Source: a virus
DNA length: 42,962 bases
Strand: one strand, 5' to 3'
Virus record (IMG/VR): IMGVR_UViG_3300034069_000448
Coordinates: 1-42,962 of that record
Shown here: positions 40,786 through 42,962 of the stretch, piece by piece
How positions within the stretch are numbered: position 1 is the stretch's first letter
How the letters are laid out: the number at the start of each line of letters is the position of its first letter
Program-made: the position numbers and the translations under genes
The notes under the pieces: generated by a model
Told to the model about the DNA's origin: nothing
The model's input: only the letters and a program-made list of their open reading frames with translations
Databases searched by the model: none

Positions 40786-42370
40786 CGTTTCCGACGCGAT
40801 GTTCTTTGCGCAGAATATCGCAAACTTGCGCGCCTTTCTCGAAGGCATCTACGAGATTGCCGGCGTCGACGATCCTGCTGCGGCGGTTGAAGAGGTGCTG
40901 GGCTCGATCGCGTCCGCCGGGTTCGTGCCGACAAACGGCGCCCCTGCCCCGTCGCTCGGCATGGACGGCCAGTACGCGCTCGATGTGAACGCGTCGATCA
41001 TGTACGGGCCCAAGGCAAACGGCGCGTGGCCAGCGGGCGTGTCGTTCCGAGGTATTCAAGGGGTGCAAGGCGCTACGGGTCTCACCGGTGCCACTGGCCC
41101 CCAAGGTGCCCAAGGCATAAAGGGCGAAACCGGAGCTACTGGTGCAACCGGGCCACAAGGTGCCCCCGGCACCGGCAACGGCGACATGCTGAAGTCGGAC
41201 AATCTGTCTGGTTTAGCCAACTACGGCACAGCTCGTCAGAACCTGTCGCTTGTCCCCGGCACCCACGTGCAGACGCAGGACGCCGACCTACAGGCAATTG
41301 CGGACCTCGCCACTCAACCTTTCGGGCGGTCGGTTCTGACGCAAGCGGACGCTGCGGCAGTGCGGGCGCTGATCCAGCTCGGCAGCGCGGCGCTGCTGGC
41401 GTCGGATAACGACAACACGCTGAACGGCAACAATCCCGCAGCACTGCCGACCCAACAGGCCGTGAAGGGCTATATCGACGCGAAAGTAGCGGGCCTCGCC
41501 TGGAAGCAGTCGGTGCGTGTCGCCACGGTTGCGAACGGTGCGCTGGCTACGGCGTTCGCGGCCGGACAAGTCGTGGATGGCGTGACGCTCGTCACCGGCG
41601 ACCGCATTCTCGTAAAGGCGCAGACCACGGCTTCCGAGAACGGCATCTACGTCGTCACGGCCGGTGCGCCGACCCGCGCGACGGACGCCGACACCGGGGC
41701 TGAACTGAAGAACGCGACTGTTACCGTCGATGAGGGTTCGCAGAGCGAGTGGCAGTGGACCTGTTCGAACAACGGTACGATCACCCTCGGCACGACGGCG
41801 CTGGTGTTCGTCACCACGGGCGGCGGTGGGCGGTTGCTTGTCGCCAACAATCTGTCGGATGTAGCGAACCCTGCGACCGCACGGACTAACATCGGCGCGC
41901 AAACCCAAGACGCCGATCTTGACCAACTCGCCGCGATTACCGCGACCGGCATCGTGTTGGTCCGCACCGCCAACGGCATGAAGCCCGCAACACTCTCGGG
42001 GATCACGCTTGGCGGCACGGCTGACGCGCCCGTGCTGACGGCGAGTGGTGGCAAAGTAACGGCCACATTGGCAAATACTAGCACGCTTGATGGTAATCAG
42101 GCGAACACTATGGTCAATGACGTGTACGTGGCTACCTCTGCAAAAGCGTTTGCAGCCACTTTGTGGAAAGAAAATGGCGGAGGTTTGCAAGTCCAGAAGA
42201 TGCCAAACGGCTATCCTGGGGCCACTCCGGTTACTAGCTCAATCAGCTTTACTGGTGATCCTATAAGTTCGGCTGGCGCTACGGCGACGATTTCTGTCTC
42301 GACGGGTCAGGCAATCCGTTTGCAGAATTATTCAGGCGGATCAGCGGTTCTGCTGCTGGTCGAACAGTGA
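40778..42370 (+). CDS. Tail fibre with a collagen-like triple-helix segment and an A/T-richer C-terminal domain, 530 aa
   Basis: The ATG at 40778 overlaps the upstream gene by 8 nt. Fourteen consecutive G-X-Y triplets are present. Confidence 0.8.
   Translation: MADVSDAMFFAQNIANLRAFLEGIYEIAGVDDPAAAVEEVLGSIASAGFVPTNGAPAPSLGMDGQYALDVNASIMYGPKANGAWPAGVSFRGIQGVQGATGLTGATGPQGAQGIKGETGATGATGPQGAPGTGNGDMLKSDNLSGLANYGTARQNLSLVPGTHVQTQDADLQAIADLATQPFGRSVLTQADAAAVRALIQLGSAALLASDNDNTLNGNNPAALPTQQAVKGYIDAKVAGLAWKQSVRVATVANGALATAFAAGQVVDGVTLVTGDRILVKAQTTASENGIYVVTAGAPTRATDADTGAELKNATVTVDEGSQSEWQWTCSNNGTITLGTTALVFVTTGGGGRLLVANNLSDVANPATARTNIGAQTQDADLDQLAAITATGIVLVRTANGMKPATLSGITLGGTADAPVLTASGGKVTATLANTSTLDGNQANTMVNDVYVATSAKAFAATLWKENGGGLQVQKMPNGYPGATPVTSSISFTGDPISSAGATATISVSTGQAIRLQNYSGGSAVLLLVEQ
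41051..41176 (+). repeat. Collagen-like G-X-Y repeat tract (14 triplets) within the fibre gene
   Basis: Translation reads GIQGVQGATGLTGATGPQGAQGIKGETGATGATGPQGAPGTG. Confidence 0.9.
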
Positions 42371-42406
42371 CGCGCACCCGGCGCTTTCCGGGACAGGAGT
42401 AGAGAG

Positions 42407-42532
42407 ATGACGAAGCCGACCAAGCCCGTGGATGACGTGATCGAGAAGGTGGCGCCGGTGAAGCCGCAGGATAGCGGGCCGAAGACGCCTCCCCCGCCTC
42501 CGCCCACGCCTCCGCTTCCCGGCGACGACTGA
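42407..42532 (+). CDS. 41-aa proline-rich peptide (MTKPTKPVDDVIEKVAPVKPQDSGPKTPPPPPPTPPLPGDD)
   Basis: GGAG 8 nt upstream of the ATG. It sits directly before the wrap-around membrane protein. It has no Cys, so it is not a lipoprotein. Confidence 0.4.
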   Translation: MTKPTKPVDDVIEKVAPVKPQDSGPKTPPPPPPTPPLPGDD

Positions 42533-42535
42533 CGC

Positions 42536-42962
42536 ATGTCGCTCCCCGAACTCTCGTATCAGGCCGGCCTTGTCGCCGCGCTGCTGCTCGCCCCGTTCAA
42601 TCGAATGGCGGCGGTGGTGATCCTGGTGTGGGTGTTCGGGGTGTTCGGCATGCATCTCGGTGTGCCGGAAGGGCAGATCGACATCATCGGCGACACCGCC
42701 GGCCTCTGCTACGCGCTCGCATACTGTATGGTTCGCTATCAGCCGTCGAGCCTGTTCGCCGCCATCCTGTTCGCGCCGATGATCGCCAATGACGTTGCGG
42801 TCATCAAAGGGTGGGCTGACTCCTACTACACCTATTGGGCTCGGTACGGCCTCGCGATGGCGCAGCTGCTAGCCCTTCCGGGCGGGACTGATTGGGGTCG
42901 CGTGCGCCGGACGTGGTGCTGCTACCGAAAGAGCGCGACGGTCGACTGGTTCGCCCGTCTGC
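42536..42962 (+). CDS. N-terminal part of the wrap-around multi-pass membrane protein (continues at 142..164 after removing the overlap; 149 aa in total)
   Basis: An ATG at 42536 with an open frame to the window end. The frame continues in phase at the window start. Hydrophobic helices include AGLVAALLLAPF, AAVVILVWVFGVFG and LFAAILFAPMIA. Confidence 0.7.
   Translation, partial: MSLPELSYQAGLVAALLLAPFNRMAAVVILVWVFGVFGMHLGVPEGQIDIIGDTAGLCYALAYCMVRYQPSSLFAAILFAPMIANDVAVIKGWADSYYTYWARYGLAMAQLLALPGGTDWGRVRRTWCCYRKSATVDWFARL
42822..42962. repeat. Terminal overlap copy 2 (identical to 1..141)
   Basis: Same 141-nt string as the window start. It lies inside a CDS that closes only when the ends are joined. 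Confidence 0.95.

Larger units (their letters stand above)
1..42962. mobile_element. Complete temperate phage genome (unit length 42,821 bp) with lambda-like immunity/integration modules and a podovirus-like (P22/BPP-1/epsilon15-style) structural module
   Basis: Integrase, excisionase, CI/Cro, replication, terminase, portal, scaffold, capsid, tailspike and lysis genes are all present. The ends overlap by 141 nt. No tail tube, sheath or tape-measure gene was seen. Confidence 0.9.

Noticed and set aside
37661-42532. Diversity-generating retroelement, expected by analogy with BPP-1-like phages
   Set aside because: No reverse-transcriptase ORF is present anywhere in the window, and I saw no template/variable repeat pair near the fibre or spike 3' ends.

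Overview
The window is a complete, circularly closed temperate phage genome. The first 141 nt (1..141) are identical to the last 141 nt (42822..42962), so the unit length is 42,821 bp, and one membrane-protein gene (42536 -> wrap -> 164) is intact only across that junction. The sequence is GC-rich. Several products (GcrA-like regulator, DNNPP-motif protein, PGDYG-domain proteins) suggest an alphaproteobacterial host; this is inference only.

Gene layout:
- Lysis-type cassette (42407..wrap..2249, +): translationally coupled, with four membrane proteins and an SLT-type muramidase.
- Structured non-coding region (2251..2970): repeated stem-closed RNA modules, a 54-aa strongly cationic peptide ORF, a tRNA-like element that lacks an anticodon loop, and a terminator-like hairpin.
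- Accessory operon (3306..6157, -): 13 very small ORFs, controlled from a divergent ribbon-helix-helix (RHH) regulator node.
- Probable attP (6450..6693), followed by tyrosine integrase and excisionase.
- Early-left operon (7927..15439, -): includes NinB, a Ref/DUF968-like HNH protein and a single-strand-annealing-like protein.
- Lambda-style immunity region (15440..16488): S24-peptidase CI-like repressor, Cro-like protein and shared 16-bp operators.
- Early-right operon (16485..21166, +): GcrA-like regulator, RusA and a replication organiser with an internal ori-like repeat cluster.
- Podovirus-like morphogenesis module (21180..42370, +): TerS, TerL, a 712-aa portal with a coiled-coil C-terminus, scaffold, major capsid, cement-like protein, adaptor and tail proteins, internal virion and ejection proteins, a beta-helix tailspike and a collagen-repeat fibre. 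One secreted moron lies on the opposite strand.

Almost every gene junction uses a 1-4 nt ATGA, GTGA, TGATG or TAATG overlap, and I used this to refine start codons.

Most interesting items:
- The tRNA-like / stem-closed RNA array around a disruptin-like cationic peptide.
- A CCCTTTC -1 frameshift site that would fuse a virion protein to an SLT transglycosylase domain.
- The attP region, with a tRNA-Cys 5' fragment and three TTTGCA motifs spaced exactly 93 bp apart.
- An ori-like iteron and palindrome cluster inside the replication gene.
- The recurring GACGCAGC(A/G)TGA gene-junction cassette.

No database search was possible. All family assignments come from motifs I recognise in the translations.
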